Shown here piece by piece: positions 1 to 7,900 of a stretch of DNA of 64,000 bases. The notes under the pieces were generated by a model. It ran no database searches. It was not told the origin of the DNA and saw only the letters and a program-made list of their open reading frames with translations. The stretch comes from Gemmatimonadota bacterium (GTDB lineage Bacteria > Gemmatimonadota > Gemmatimonadetes > Gemmatimonadales > Gemmatimonadaceae): assembly GCA_040389905.1 (NCBI GenBank), contig JAZJZK010000005.1:160001-224000 (forward strand). Direction: 5' to 3'. Each line of letters starts with the position of its first letter. The stretch's first letter is position 1. A program made the position numbers and the translations under genes.

Positions 1-279
1 CGCGGTGCGGCGCAGGTGGCGGCGGATCGCGTCCGCGCGGTGATGTGGCTGCACGCGGGCATCGCGCGCACGGCGAAAGGTTTGCGGATGGCAGTGGCCG
101 AGCTGGCGGAAATCGAAGAGCGCCTGCCAGAGGGAGCCACGGAAGAACTGAATCTGGTGCAGACCGCACGCCTTATCGTGGAGGGCGCGCTGCGGCGCAA
201 AGAGTCTCGTGGCGGACACTACCGGAGCGATTTTCCGCGATCGAAAAGCACGTGGCGTGGCCGTCACATAGAGTTGTGA
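1..279 (+). CDS. nadB: L-aspartate oxidase, C-terminal fragment (5' truncated by window edge)
   Basis: C-terminal flavoprotein motif RKESRGGHYRSDFP; lies upstream of nadA and nadC. Confidence 0.85.
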   Translation, partial: RGAAQVAADRVRAVMWLHAGIARTAKGLRMAVAELAEIEERLPEGATEELNLVQTARLIVEGALRRKESRGGHYRSDFPRSKSTWRGRHIEL

Positions 280-388
280 CCACAGGCCGGTCACTGTCAG
301 ACTGACAGGCACCGCGATAAGTTGACCCTCTGTCGGGGTCGGCTCGCATGCCGGCGCGCCGGGCCAATACATCCGGGAGAATGACTGC

Positions 389-769
389 GTGAGGGTTCTC
401 GTTGCCGATGATGATCGCATGCTGTCGCAGATGCTTTGCAGCGTTCTGCGGCAGGTTGGTCATAAGGCTACGCCCGCATTCGACACCATCCAGACGATGA
501 TGCTGGCGAAGCGCGAGCCCATGCCGGAGCTCATTCTTCTCGACATCAACATGCCGGGCGGATCAGGGCTGGGGACGCTCACCAGTCTCAAGAACAATTC
601 CAAAACCTGCGACATTCCGATCATCATCATCAGCGGTAGCCCGGACAAGACGATGCCGGAGCAGGTCAAGAAGCTCGGAGGCAGCCGCTTTGTCTCGAAG
701 CCCGTCGACCCCAGCATGCTTCTCCAGATCATTCGTGAAGTGATGGAGGAAAACGGCGTCGTCGATTAG
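389..769 (+). CDS. Stand-alone CheY-like response regulator receiver protein
   Basis: VLVADDD, LLDINMPG (phosphoacceptor Asp), ISG and SKP motifs; no output domain; GTG start. Confidence 0.9.
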   Translation: MRVLVADDDRMLSQMLCSVLRQVGHKATPAFDTIQTMMLAKREPMPELILLDINMPGGSGLGTLTSLKNNSKTCDIPIIIISGSPDKTMPEQVKKLGGSRFVSKPVDPSMLLQIIREVMEENGVVD

Positions 770-778
770 AATTCACGG

Positions 779-1813
779 ATGGGGACGACCAGCGCGCCGA
801 TTCGCTCGCGAGACGAGTTGATCGCCGAGATGCAGGGTGAGATCAAGATGCTCGCCCGCGCGAAGAACGCCGTGATTCTCGCGCACAATTACGAGCGACC
901 GGAAGTCCAGGACGTCGCCGACTTTGTCGGGGACTCGCTTGGCCTGTCTCGCGAAGCCGCCAAGACGGAAGCCGAGGTGATCGTCTTCTGTGGCGTGCAC
1001 TTCATGGCGGAAACCGCTGCGGTTCTCTCGCCATCGAAAACAGTGCTCCTGCCTGACCTGGCCGCAGGGTGTTCACTCGCGTCGATGATCGATGCGAAAC
1101 AGCTCCGCGCATGGAAGGCGGAGCATCCCGGTGCGGTCGTCGTGTCGTACGTCAACACGACCGCCGAGGTGAAGGCCGAGAGCGACTACTGCTGCACGTC
1201 GGGGAATGCGGTCGAAGTGGTGAACGCCATTCCCGCCGACACCGAGATCCTCTTCTGTCCCGACATGTTTCTCGGCGCGCACGTCAAACGCCTGAGCGGC
1301 AGACAGAACATCCATATCTGGCTCGGCGAATGTCACGTGCATGCGGGCATCGATCCCGAGGACATTCGTCTCAAGCGTGCGCAACATCCGGGCGCGGAGT
1401 TCCTGATTCATCCCGAGTGCGGTTGCTCGACGAGCGTACTCGAAGCGATGTCGGCCGGCGACGTCGACCCCGAGGGCGTACAAATCCTGTCCACCGAAGG
1501 GATGATCAAGCGGCCGGCGCTTTCTGGTGCCGACGAGTTCATCGTCGCGACGGAGGTTGGAATCTTGCATCGCCTCCGCAGGGAAAATCCGTCGAAGCGT
1601 TTCTTCGCCGCGAACGAGCGCGCATCGTGCACGTACATGAAGGTGACCACGCTTCCAAAGGTGAAGCGTGCACTCGAACGGATGGAACACCGTATCACCG
1701 TGCCGGCGGCGATCGCCGACAAGGCTCGCCTTGCCATCGAACGTATGATCGCTATCGGGGGCCAGCATCCGCTGAGTCCCGTGCCGGAAACCACGGTTGA
1801 TCCCGGGGAATAG
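779..1813 (+). CDS. nadA: Quinolinate synthase A
   Basis: AHNY, FCGVHFMAE, AGCSLA, YVNT, CHVH, HPEC and C-terminal CxYMK Fe-S motifs. Confidence 0.97.
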   Translation: MGTTSAPIRSRDELIAEMQGEIKMLARAKNAVILAHNYERPEVQDVADFVGDSLGLSREAAKTEAEVIVFCGVHFMAETAAVLSPSKTVLLPDLAAGCSLASMIDAKQLRAWKAEHPGAVVVSYVNTTAEVKAESDYCCTSGNAVEVVNAIPADTEILFCPDMFLGAHVKRLSGRQNIHIWLGECHVHAGIDPEDIRLKRAQHPGAEFLIHPECGCSTSVLEAMSAGDVDPEGVQILSTEGMIKRPALSGADEFIVATEVGILHRLRRENPSKRFFAANERASCTYMKVTTLPKVKRALERMEHRITVPAAIADKARLAIERMIAIGGQHPLSPVPETTVDPGE

Positions 1814-1946
1814 CAAACCGCAACGAAATGAACGCGGGTTGAGCGGATTGAGGCGGATCACATCTGATCAAAAAGCGTTCAAGGCATGTTTTATCAGTTT
1901 TTTGCTGTGTGATCCGCTCAATCCGCGTTCTTCTGTTGCAGTTTGC
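1813..1946. repeat. Palindromic REP/MITE-like element, family B (copy 1), between nadA and nadC
   Basis: Left arm GCAAACCGCAAC..GAACGCGGGTTGAGCGGAT pairs with right arm GATCCGCTCAATCCGCGTTC..GTTGCAGTTTGC around an AT-rich loop; same core recurs at 14768-14943. Confidence 0.8.
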
Positions 1947-1961
1947 TCAAGGAGGGCCACG

Positions 1962-2891
1962 ATGGAACTTCGCCAAGCGGAACCCGACCGCCCCCCGCGC
2001 ACGATCACCCCGCTCAGCACACCAGCGGTGATGAGCGTTGGGTTGCTCAGATTCCCCTATGCGCAGGTCGAGCTGCATGGCCTGGTCAAGGCAGCCCTCG
2101 ACGAGGACGGAGCGTTCAACGACCTCACCACGATTGCGACCGTGGTGTCGGACCGCCACGCGCGCGGCCGGCTCGTCGCGCGCGCGCATGGCGTGCTGTG
2201 CGGCATACCGCTCGCCCTCGAGGCGTTTCGCACGCTCGACCCCAAAGTCACTATCCGCGTGGACAAGGAAGATGGCGCCACCCTCGCACCGGGCGATTCG
2301 ATCCTCTATCTGTCGGGCCACGCGCGCGCGCTACTCGCTGCGGAGCGGGTATCGCTGAACTTCATGCAACGGCTGTCCGGCGTGGCGTCGATCACCGCCC
2401 GCTATGTCACCGCCGTCACGGGCACACGCGCGAAGATTCTCGATACGCGAAAGACGACGCCGGGGTGGCGGTTGCTCGAGAAGTACGCGGTGCGGGCCGG
2501 TGGCGGCACTAACCATCGCCTCAACCTCTCCACCGCGGTGTTGATCAAGGACAACCATCTCGCCTCCGTTGACGGCGATGTCGGCGTCGCCGTGCGGCGC
2601 GCCCGCGAGCTCGCTCCCGCGGGAACCAAGGTCGAGGTCGAGTGTGACCGCATCGAGCAGGTCCAGGCAGCGATTGACGCCAAGGCCGACATCATCTTGC
2701 TCGACAACATGTCCATCGCCGTGATGTCGCAGTGCGTCGACCTGATCGCCGGGCGCGTCATCACCGAAGCATCCGGCGGCGTCAACCTCGACACCGTGCG
2801 CACGATCGCCGAAACCGGCGTGGACTGGATTTCCGTCGGCGCCCTCACTCACTCGGCGCCCGCGCTCGATCTTGCCCTCGACTTCGAGTAA
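1962..2891 (+). CDS. nadC: Nicotinate-nucleotide diphosphorylase (carboxylating), QPRTase
   Basis: AERxxLN, DTRKTTPG, NHR, LIKDNH, EVE, LLDN, EASGG, SVGALTHS motifs; ATG at 1962 follows AAGGAGG. Confidence 0.97.
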   Translation: MELRQAEPDRPPRTITPLSTPAVMSVGLLRFPYAQVELHGLVKAALDEDGAFNDLTTIATVVSDRHARGRLVARAHGVLCGIPLALEAFRTLDPKVTIRVDKEDGATLAPGDSILYLSGHARALLAAERVSLNFMQRLSGVASITARYVTAVTGTRAKILDTRKTTPGWRLLEKYAVRAGGGTNHRLNLSTAVLIKDNHLASVDGDVGVAVRRARELAPAGTKVEVECDRIEQVQAAIDAKADIILLDNMSIAVMSQCVDLIAGRVITEASGGVNLDTVRTIAETGVDWISVGALTHSAPALDLALDFE

Positions 2892-4002
2892 CGAATCCCT
2901 CTGGGCCGGCGTTCAACGCGTTCAGTATCCAACACTCGTTGGAGAAGCGTTCGCGGACGTCTGCGTTGTCGGCCTTGGTGGGTCTGGGCTCGTCTGCGCC
3001 GGTGAACTGCTGCGCCTGGGCGCGAGTGTCATCGGCATCGATGCCGGCGCGATTGGTGGCGGGGCCGGAGGACGGAATGGCGGATTCCTGCTGGCCGGTG
3101 TGGCGAAGTTCTACCACGACGCTATCGACGCCTACGGCCGCGAGCGTGCGCGGCAGATGTATCAGCTGAGCCTCGACGAGATCGAGCGAATCGCCGCTGC
3201 GACACCGGATACCGTCTCGCTCTGCGGCTCACTTCGCATTGCCGACTCGCCCGAGGAGGAACGCGACTGTCTGGCGCAGGTTGTCGCGATGCGGCGCGAT
3301 GGACTCGCCGCCGAGGCGTATGACGGTGCGGAGGGCCGTGGCGTGCTCGTGCCTGGCGATGGAGCCTTTCAGCCGCTCGAACGGTGCGCGTCGCTCGCGG
3401 CTGCGGTGCGCGCGGCCGGGGGCGTGTTGTTCGAAGGGTCGCCGGTGACGCGCGTCGCGGCTGGCGCAGTGCACACCCCAACGGGCGTCGTGCGTGCCAA
3501 ACGCGTCGTCGTTGCCGTGGACGGAGCGCTCGACCTCCTCCTGCCGGAGCTCGCGAGCGAAGTGCGAACGGCTCGGCTGCAGATGCTGGCGACGGCCCCG
3601 ACGACGGAGATCAGTCTCACGCGGCCCGTGTACACGCGGTGGGGTTACGACTACTGGCAGCAACGTCCTGATGGCGCGATTGCGTTGGGCGGCGCCCGCG
3701 ACGTTGGCGGCGACGCCGAGTGGACACATGACACATCGCCGACAGAGACGGTCCAGCGTGCGCTCGACGACCGGCTGAGAGCCACGCTCGGCGTCAGCGC
3801 AAAGATTACGCATCGATGGGGCGCAAGCGTGAGCTATACGAAATCAGAAGTGCCCATCGTGCGCGAAGTGCGTCCATCGGTGTGGGCGGTCGGCGGCTAC
3901 TCGGGTACGGGGAATGTGATCGGGTCGCTGCTTGGTCGCGGAATCGCGCGGCTCGTCATCAGGGGCGACGACGCGCTGCTCTCGCCATTCCTGCACGCGT
4001 GA
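2872..4002 (+). CDS. FAD-dependent oxidoreductase (DAO / glycine oxidase / PuuB-like family)
   Basis: GLGGSG dinucleotide fold, GAGGRNGGF, GGYSGTG near C-terminus; TTG start overlapping nadC is uncertain. Confidence 0.85.
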   Translation: MPSTSSNESLWAGVQRVQYPTLVGEAFADVCVVGLGGSGLVCAGELLRLGASVIGIDAGAIGGGAGGRNGGFLLAGVAKFYHDAIDAYGRERARQMYQLSLDEIERIAAATPDTVSLCGSLRIADSPEEERDCLAQVVAMRRDGLAAEAYDGAEGRGVLVPGDGAFQPLERCASLAAAVRAAGGVLFEGSPVTRVAAGAVHTPTGVVRAKRVVVAVDGALDLLLPELASEVRTARLQMLATAPTTEISLTRPVYTRWGYDYWQQRPDGAIALGGARDVGGDAEWTHDTSPTETVQRALDDRLRATLGVSAKITHRWGASVSYTKSEVPIVREVRPSVWAVGGYSGTGNVIGSLLGRGIARLVIRGDDALLSPFLHA

Positions 4003-4015
4003 CCATCTTGGTGGA

Positions 4016-5044
4016 ATGAACGCTCCGCCGCGGACGGCACGTCCGATCGCCACGCTCCTCGAAGGAATCCTGCGCGTCCCGCTCCTGGCCAAGCTGGCGG
4101 GCGCGAATCTGATCATCGTCGCGTCCGCCCTGTTCGGCGTCATGATCGAGCGGCGGCTGAGTTCGACGGCGAGCGCCGTCTCGATTCTTGGCATCGCGCT
4201 CGGCGTCAGCCTCGTCGTCAACCTCGTGCTGGTCTATGTGGCGCTGCAGCCGTTGAACGACCTCGAAGCGACGGCCACCCGCCTGTCCACTGGTGACATG
4301 AGCGCTCGGGTGCCCGCGAGTGTGCTGGCCGACCGCGACATGGCACGCGTAGGCACGACGCTCAATGCGCTGCTCGACCGACTGACGGAAGATCGCGCGC
4401 GCGAGCGTCAGCTCGCGGCGCTTGTCATCAGTGCGCAGGACGAGGAGCGTGCGCGTGTCGCCCGCGAGCTGCACGACTCCACCGCGCAGATTCTCACGGC
4501 GGTCATGCTCCAGCTGGGTGCTGCCGCGCGGGAGAGTACCTCACCGCCGCTCGATGCGCGCATTGCGACGCTGCGCGAGTTGACCGCGGAAGCGCTCGAA
4601 GAGGTGCGGTCGATGTCGCACACGATGCACCCGCGCGTGCTCGATGACCTCGGGCTCGCCGCCGCGCTGGAGTGGCTTGCCCGGAAGACGGGTGCGCAGG
4701 AGCCGCTCGATGTGCATGTTGCAGCCGTCGAACTCGATCCACCGCTTTCTCCGCCATTGGCCGCCGCGCTGTATCGTGTTGCCCAGGAGGCGTTGCGCAA
4801 CGTTGCACGGCACGCCGATGCTCGACACGTGAACGTCCGGCTTCGCCGGGAACGGGAGGTCGTGTTGCTCGAGGTCGGTGACGATGGCCGTGGGTTCGAC
4901 GTGGCGAGCGCGGAAAAACGGCGGCCGGGAATGGGATTGTTTTCGATGCGTGAACGCATAGGCTTGGTAAATGGCCACCTGCTCGTGAAGAGCGCGCCGG
5001 GCCAGGGCACAACGGTCGTCGCGACGGTGCCGTTTGGAAACTGA
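4016..5044 (+). CDS. Membrane sensor histidine kinase (HAMP + HisKA_3 + HATPase, NarX/UhpB-like)
   Basis: Two hydrophobic helices, QDEERARVARELHD H-box, EALRNVARHA N-box, DDGRGF, GMGL and GTT boxes. Confidence 0.92.
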   Translation: MNAPPRTARPIATLLEGILRVPLLAKLAGANLIIVASALFGVMIERRLSSTASAVSILGIALGVSLVVNLVLVYVALQPLNDLEATATRLSTGDMSARVPASVLADRDMARVGTTLNALLDRLTEDRARERQLAALVISAQDEERARVARELHDSTAQILTAVMLQLGAAARESTSPPLDARIATLRELTAEALEEVRSMSHTMHPRVLDDLGLAAALEWLARKTGAQEPLDVHVAAVELDPPLSPPLAAALYRVAQEALRNVARHADARHVNVRLRREREVVLLEVGDDGRGFDVASAEKRRPGMGLFSMRERIGLVNGHLLVKSAPGQGTTVVATVPFGN

Positions 5045-5058
5045 CGAGGTGCACTAGA

Positions 5059-5721
5059 ATGAACATTCGGGTCGTGCTCGTGGATGACCATGCCATCGTT
5101 CGCACGGGACTCAAGGCGGTGCTTGGTTCCGCGCCGGACGTGGATGTCGTCGGGGAGGCAGCTGGCGGACACGAGGCCGTGACACTGCTGGCGAGGACCC
5201 CAGCAGACGTCGTCGTCATGGATATTTCCATGGCGGACGGCGACGGCATCGCGGCGACGCGGACGATTACCGCCGCGGGAAATGATGGGCCGCGTGTACT
5301 CGTGCTGACCATGCACGCGGAGGAAGCGTATCTGGAGGCCGTCCTCGAAGCGGGTGCCTCGGGGTACCTGGTGAAGAGCGCTGCCGACCGCGAGCTCGTG
5401 GATGCAGTCCGGGCGGTCGCGCGCGGGGAGGTCTGGGTGCAACCTGCTGCCGCGCGCGTGCTTGCGCAGGGTGCGCGTCGGCGAGAAGAACATGCCACGG
5501 ACAGGGCTCGCTACGAGCGGCTGACCGATCGCGAGCGAGCCGTGATGGGGTTGATCGCCGAGGGCTACACGGCGCCGGAAATCGGAGAGCAGCTCTCGAT
5601 CAGCCCAAAAACAGTGGATACGTACAAGCAGCGGATCAATGACAAGCTTGGCCTGACGCATCGCGCAGACTACGTAAAGCTGGCGCTCAAGCTTGGCTTA
5701 CTGAAAACGCCGGTGCAGTAA
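5059..5721 (+). CDS. NarL/NreC-like response regulator (receiver + LuxR HTH)
   Basis: VDDH, MDISM, LTMH, GYLVK; LTDRE..ISPKTVDTYKQRINDKLG HTH; adjacent to kinase. Confidence 0.95.
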   Translation: MNIRVVLVDDHAIVRTGLKAVLGSAPDVDVVGEAAGGHEAVTLLARTPADVVVMDISMADGDGIAATRTITAAGNDGPRVLVLTMHAEEAYLEAVLEAGASGYLVKSAADRELVDAVRAVARGEVWVQPAAARVLAQGARRREEHATDRARYERLTDRERAVMGLIAEGYTAPEIGEQLSISPKTVDTYKQRINDKLGLTHRADYVKLALKLGLLKTPVQ

Positions 5722-5746
5722 TGTGAGGCGGGCCAGACTGACAGGC

Positions 5747-5786
5747 GTGCAGACCCCTCGACTCGCTTCGCTCGCTCGGGGTGACA
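5747..5786 (+). repeat. REP-like palindrome, family A' half element
   Basis: GTGCAGACCCCTCGACTCGCTTCGCTCGCTCGGGGTGACA matches the right arm of the element at 15776-15891. Confidence 0.75.
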
Positions 5787-5810
5787 GGGGCAGTTCACGA
5801 TGGGAACCAA

Positions 5811-5951
5811 TCAAAGATCAGCGCAACTCTTGGCGATGCCGTTACAGTTGCGACACAACAGCTTGCAGTTGCGCCACCACAGATCCGTAGAGCCGCAGTG
5901 ATCGCACACCTCTTCCGACGGTTCGGGCAGGGGCGCTGGAATATCAGGCAT
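5811..5951 (-). CDS. Small Cys-rich putative zinc-finger protein (46 aa)
   Basis: CDHCG..CKLLCRNC..SCADL; TGG-TATCTT -10-like box 5 nt upstream of this ATG; divergent from the oxidoreductase. Confidence 0.7.
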   Translation of the reverse strand: MPDIPAPLPEPSEEVCDHCGSTDLWWRNCKLLCRNCNGIAKSCADL

Positions 5952-5990
5952 GTCTGAAGATACCATTTTCTCTCCGCGAGCCACTATCTC

Positions 5991-7097
5991 ATGTCGATGA
6001 CACCCACAGTGTCGAATGTTGGACTGATCGGCTTCGGCCTCGGCGGCGCTACCTTCCATGCGCCGTTCATCGCCCGGACGCCGGGCCTGCGCCTTGCCGC
6101 AGTGATGACCAGCGATCCTGCACGGCGCGCCGCAGTGGAGCGTGAGTATCCCGATACGGTGATCGTGAGTGACTTCGCCGAGCTCATGGCGCAGTCTCCC
6201 AAGCTCGACCTGGTTGCGATTTCCACGCCGAACGGCACCCACTATCCACTCGCTCGCGCCGTGCTCGAGGCTGGGTGCCATGTCGTCGTCGACAAGCCAT
6301 TTGCGGCGACCGCGAGCCAGGCGCGCGACCTCGCGTCGATCGCGGCCGCGGCAGGCCGGCGTGCCTTTCCCTTCCAGAATCGCCGCTGGGACGGCGACTA
6401 TCTCACGCTACGCAAGCTCATCGCCGACGGCGCGCTTGGAGAGATTCATCGCTTTGAGTCACGGTTCGACCGGTGGCGCGTCGATCCGAAACCTGGCTGG
6501 TGCCGGCCTGACGCGCGCGAGCGGACGGAGAATATCGTTCACGATCTGGCGACACACCTCATCGACCAGTCGCTCTGCCTGTTCGGGCCGGTGGCCTCCG
6601 TGTACGCCGAGCTTCGGCGCGTCCGACCGAAAACGGAGAGCGTGGACGATGCGTTCATCGCGCTGACGCACGAGAGCGGTGTCTGCTCGCACCTCACGAT
6701 GACCATTCAAGCCGGAATTCTGCCAGCGCGGATGAGTGTGTTCGGTGCGCGCGGGGCGTACGTGAAGTTCGGCGTGGATGTGCAGGAGGAGCAACTGCGT
6801 GCTGGGGTCCGTCCCGACACGCCGGGTTACGGCGACGACCCAGAAGAGCGTTGGGGCGCTTTCGGCGCCGGCGAGGACAAGCGCATCATCCCCACCCTGC
6901 GCGGCGACTACTCGCCATTCTATCTGGGCGTTGCGCGGGCCATTCGAGAGGGTGCGCCGAGTCCGGTGGCGATTCCCGACGTCGTGACGCAATTGGAAAT
7001 CGTCGAGGCTGCCTTTCGTTCGGCGGAGAGTGGCATGGTCGAATTCCTGAGCCCCATCCGCGGCGCGCGCCTATCGCTCGCGCGTCGTCCCTTCTGA
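5991..7097 (+). CDS. Gfo/Idh/MocA family oxidoreductase (YdgJ/IolW-like)
   Basis: GLIGFG..TFHAP, TPNGTH, VVVDKPF, FQNRRWDGDY, DLATHLID motifs. Confidence 0.92.
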   Translation: MSMTPTVSNVGLIGFGLGGATFHAPFIARTPGLRLAAVMTSDPARRAAVEREYPDTVIVSDFAELMAQSPKLDLVAISTPNGTHYPLARAVLEAGCHVVVDKPFAATASQARDLASIAAAAGRRAFPFQNRRWDGDYLTLRKLIADGALGEIHRFESRFDRWRVDPKPGWCRPDARERTENIVHDLATHLIDQSLCLFGPVASVYAELRRVRPKTESVDDAFIALTHESGVCSHLTMTIQAGILPARMSVFGARGAYVKFGVDVQEEQLRAGVRPDTPGYGDDPEERWGAFGAGEDKRIIPTLRGDYSPFYLGVARAIREGAPSPVAIPDVVTQLEIVEAAFRSAESGMVEFLSPIRGARLSLARRPF

Positions 7098-7100
7098 AAC

Positions 7101-7135
7101 GACAGGTATCAGGAGACAGGGGACAGGGGACAGGA
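7101..7135 (+). repeat. Heptamer tandem repeat (GACAGGR-like x5)
   Basis: GACAGGT ATCAGGA GACAGGG GACAGGG GACAGGA; reverse complement of array at 7792-7840. Confidence 0.8.
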
Positions 7136-7217
7136 GCTCGGTGCTGGGGTTTAGGAGCTAGGACGTGCAGGCGAAGCCGCTCGCCGATCGTGCGCCGACC
7201 GTGCAGCGAAGGCTCTT

Positions 7218-7258
7218 CCGCTCGTTTTGTCGCCCTGAGCGCAGCGAAGGGCCCGCAC
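7218..7258 (-). repeat. REP-like element family A (left arm of inverted pair)
   Basis: Reverse complement matches 7747-7787 at 39 of 41 positions (manual alignment). Confidence 0.85.
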
Positions 7259-7326
7259 ACTCCCCGGCGGGCGCACACAGCGGCCTTCCGCTGGAAGTGG
7301 ACTTAGGACTTCGAAGCGGGCAATCG

Positions 7327-7668
7327 TTAATGTCGCTTGTTTCCCGTCTTCGAGGCGTACGGAAGGTCTCCAGTCTTTAACCACTTCCAGAGCCAATCAT
7401 ACTGGGGCGGCAGCATCGTGAAACCTTCTTTGGTCAGAAGCCACCATGAATCTATGCCGGCCTTGACCGAGACAATCCGCTGAGGGTCGTTCGACAAGGC
7501 GGCCATGATGAAGCTCCCCGGCACAACGAAAAGGAAGAAAACCATGGGGGTCAGCAGGAACCAGAACTGGAAACCTGCGAAGAGCACGACTAACAGCAGC
7601 CATGTCCACGCCGCGGCGGCTAGCACGAACGGCAGTCGAATTAGCAGAAACACCGTAGATAGACGCAT
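7327..7668 (-). CDS. Hypothetical membrane protein (113 aa) enclosed by inverted repeats
   Basis: Long hydrophobic N-terminal half; GAGG before ATG; no family recognised. Confidence 0.6.
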   Translation of the reverse strand: MRLSTVFLLIRLPFVLAAAAWTWLLLVVLFAGFQFWFLLTPMVFFLFVVPGSFIMAALSNDPQRIVSVKAGIDSWWLLTKEGFTMLPPQYDWLWKWLKTGDLPYASKTGNKRH

Positions 7669-7746
7669 TGTGCCTCATCGGGCTGAGTTCGGCGCAAGAA
7701 GGACGGTGACACGATGGCAAAGGTCTCGAAAGATGGGAAGTGCGGG

Positions 7747-7787
7747 GTGCAGGCCCTTCGCTTCGCTCAGGGCGACAAAACGAGCGG
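7747..7787 (+). repeat. REP-like element family A (right arm of inverted pair)
   Basis: GTGCAGGCCCTTCGCTTCGCTCAGGGCGACAAAACGAGCGG; related copies at 14680, 24556, 33304, 50648, 52353. Confidence 0.85.
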
Positions 7788-7791
7788 TTCT

Positions 7792-7840
7792 TCCTGTCCC
7801 CTGTCTCCTGTTCCCTGTCCCCTGTCCCCTGTCTCCTATC
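7792..7840 (+). repeat. Heptamer tandem repeat (YCCTGTC-like x7)
   Basis: TCCTGTC CCCTGTC TCCTGTT CCCTGTC CCCTGTC CCCTGTC TCCTATC. Confidence 0.8.
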
Positions 7841-7900
7841 ACCTAGCTCCCGTCCCCTGACTCCCTAGATTCAAGGAAGCCACCTCCTACGGAGCTACAT

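Noticed and set aside
280..778. NAD+-sensing (nadA motif) riboswitch ahead of nadA
   Set aside because: nadA is preceded by a coding gene with a 9-nt gap. The 280-388 spacer shows only a short palindrome (CTGTCAG-A-CTGACAG, 294-308), and I cannot recognise the motif; an Rfam scan would be needed.
1797..1961. N-terminal extension of NadC in the ORF track
   Set aside because: It is translation through the family B repeat; the RBS-supported ATG is at 1962.
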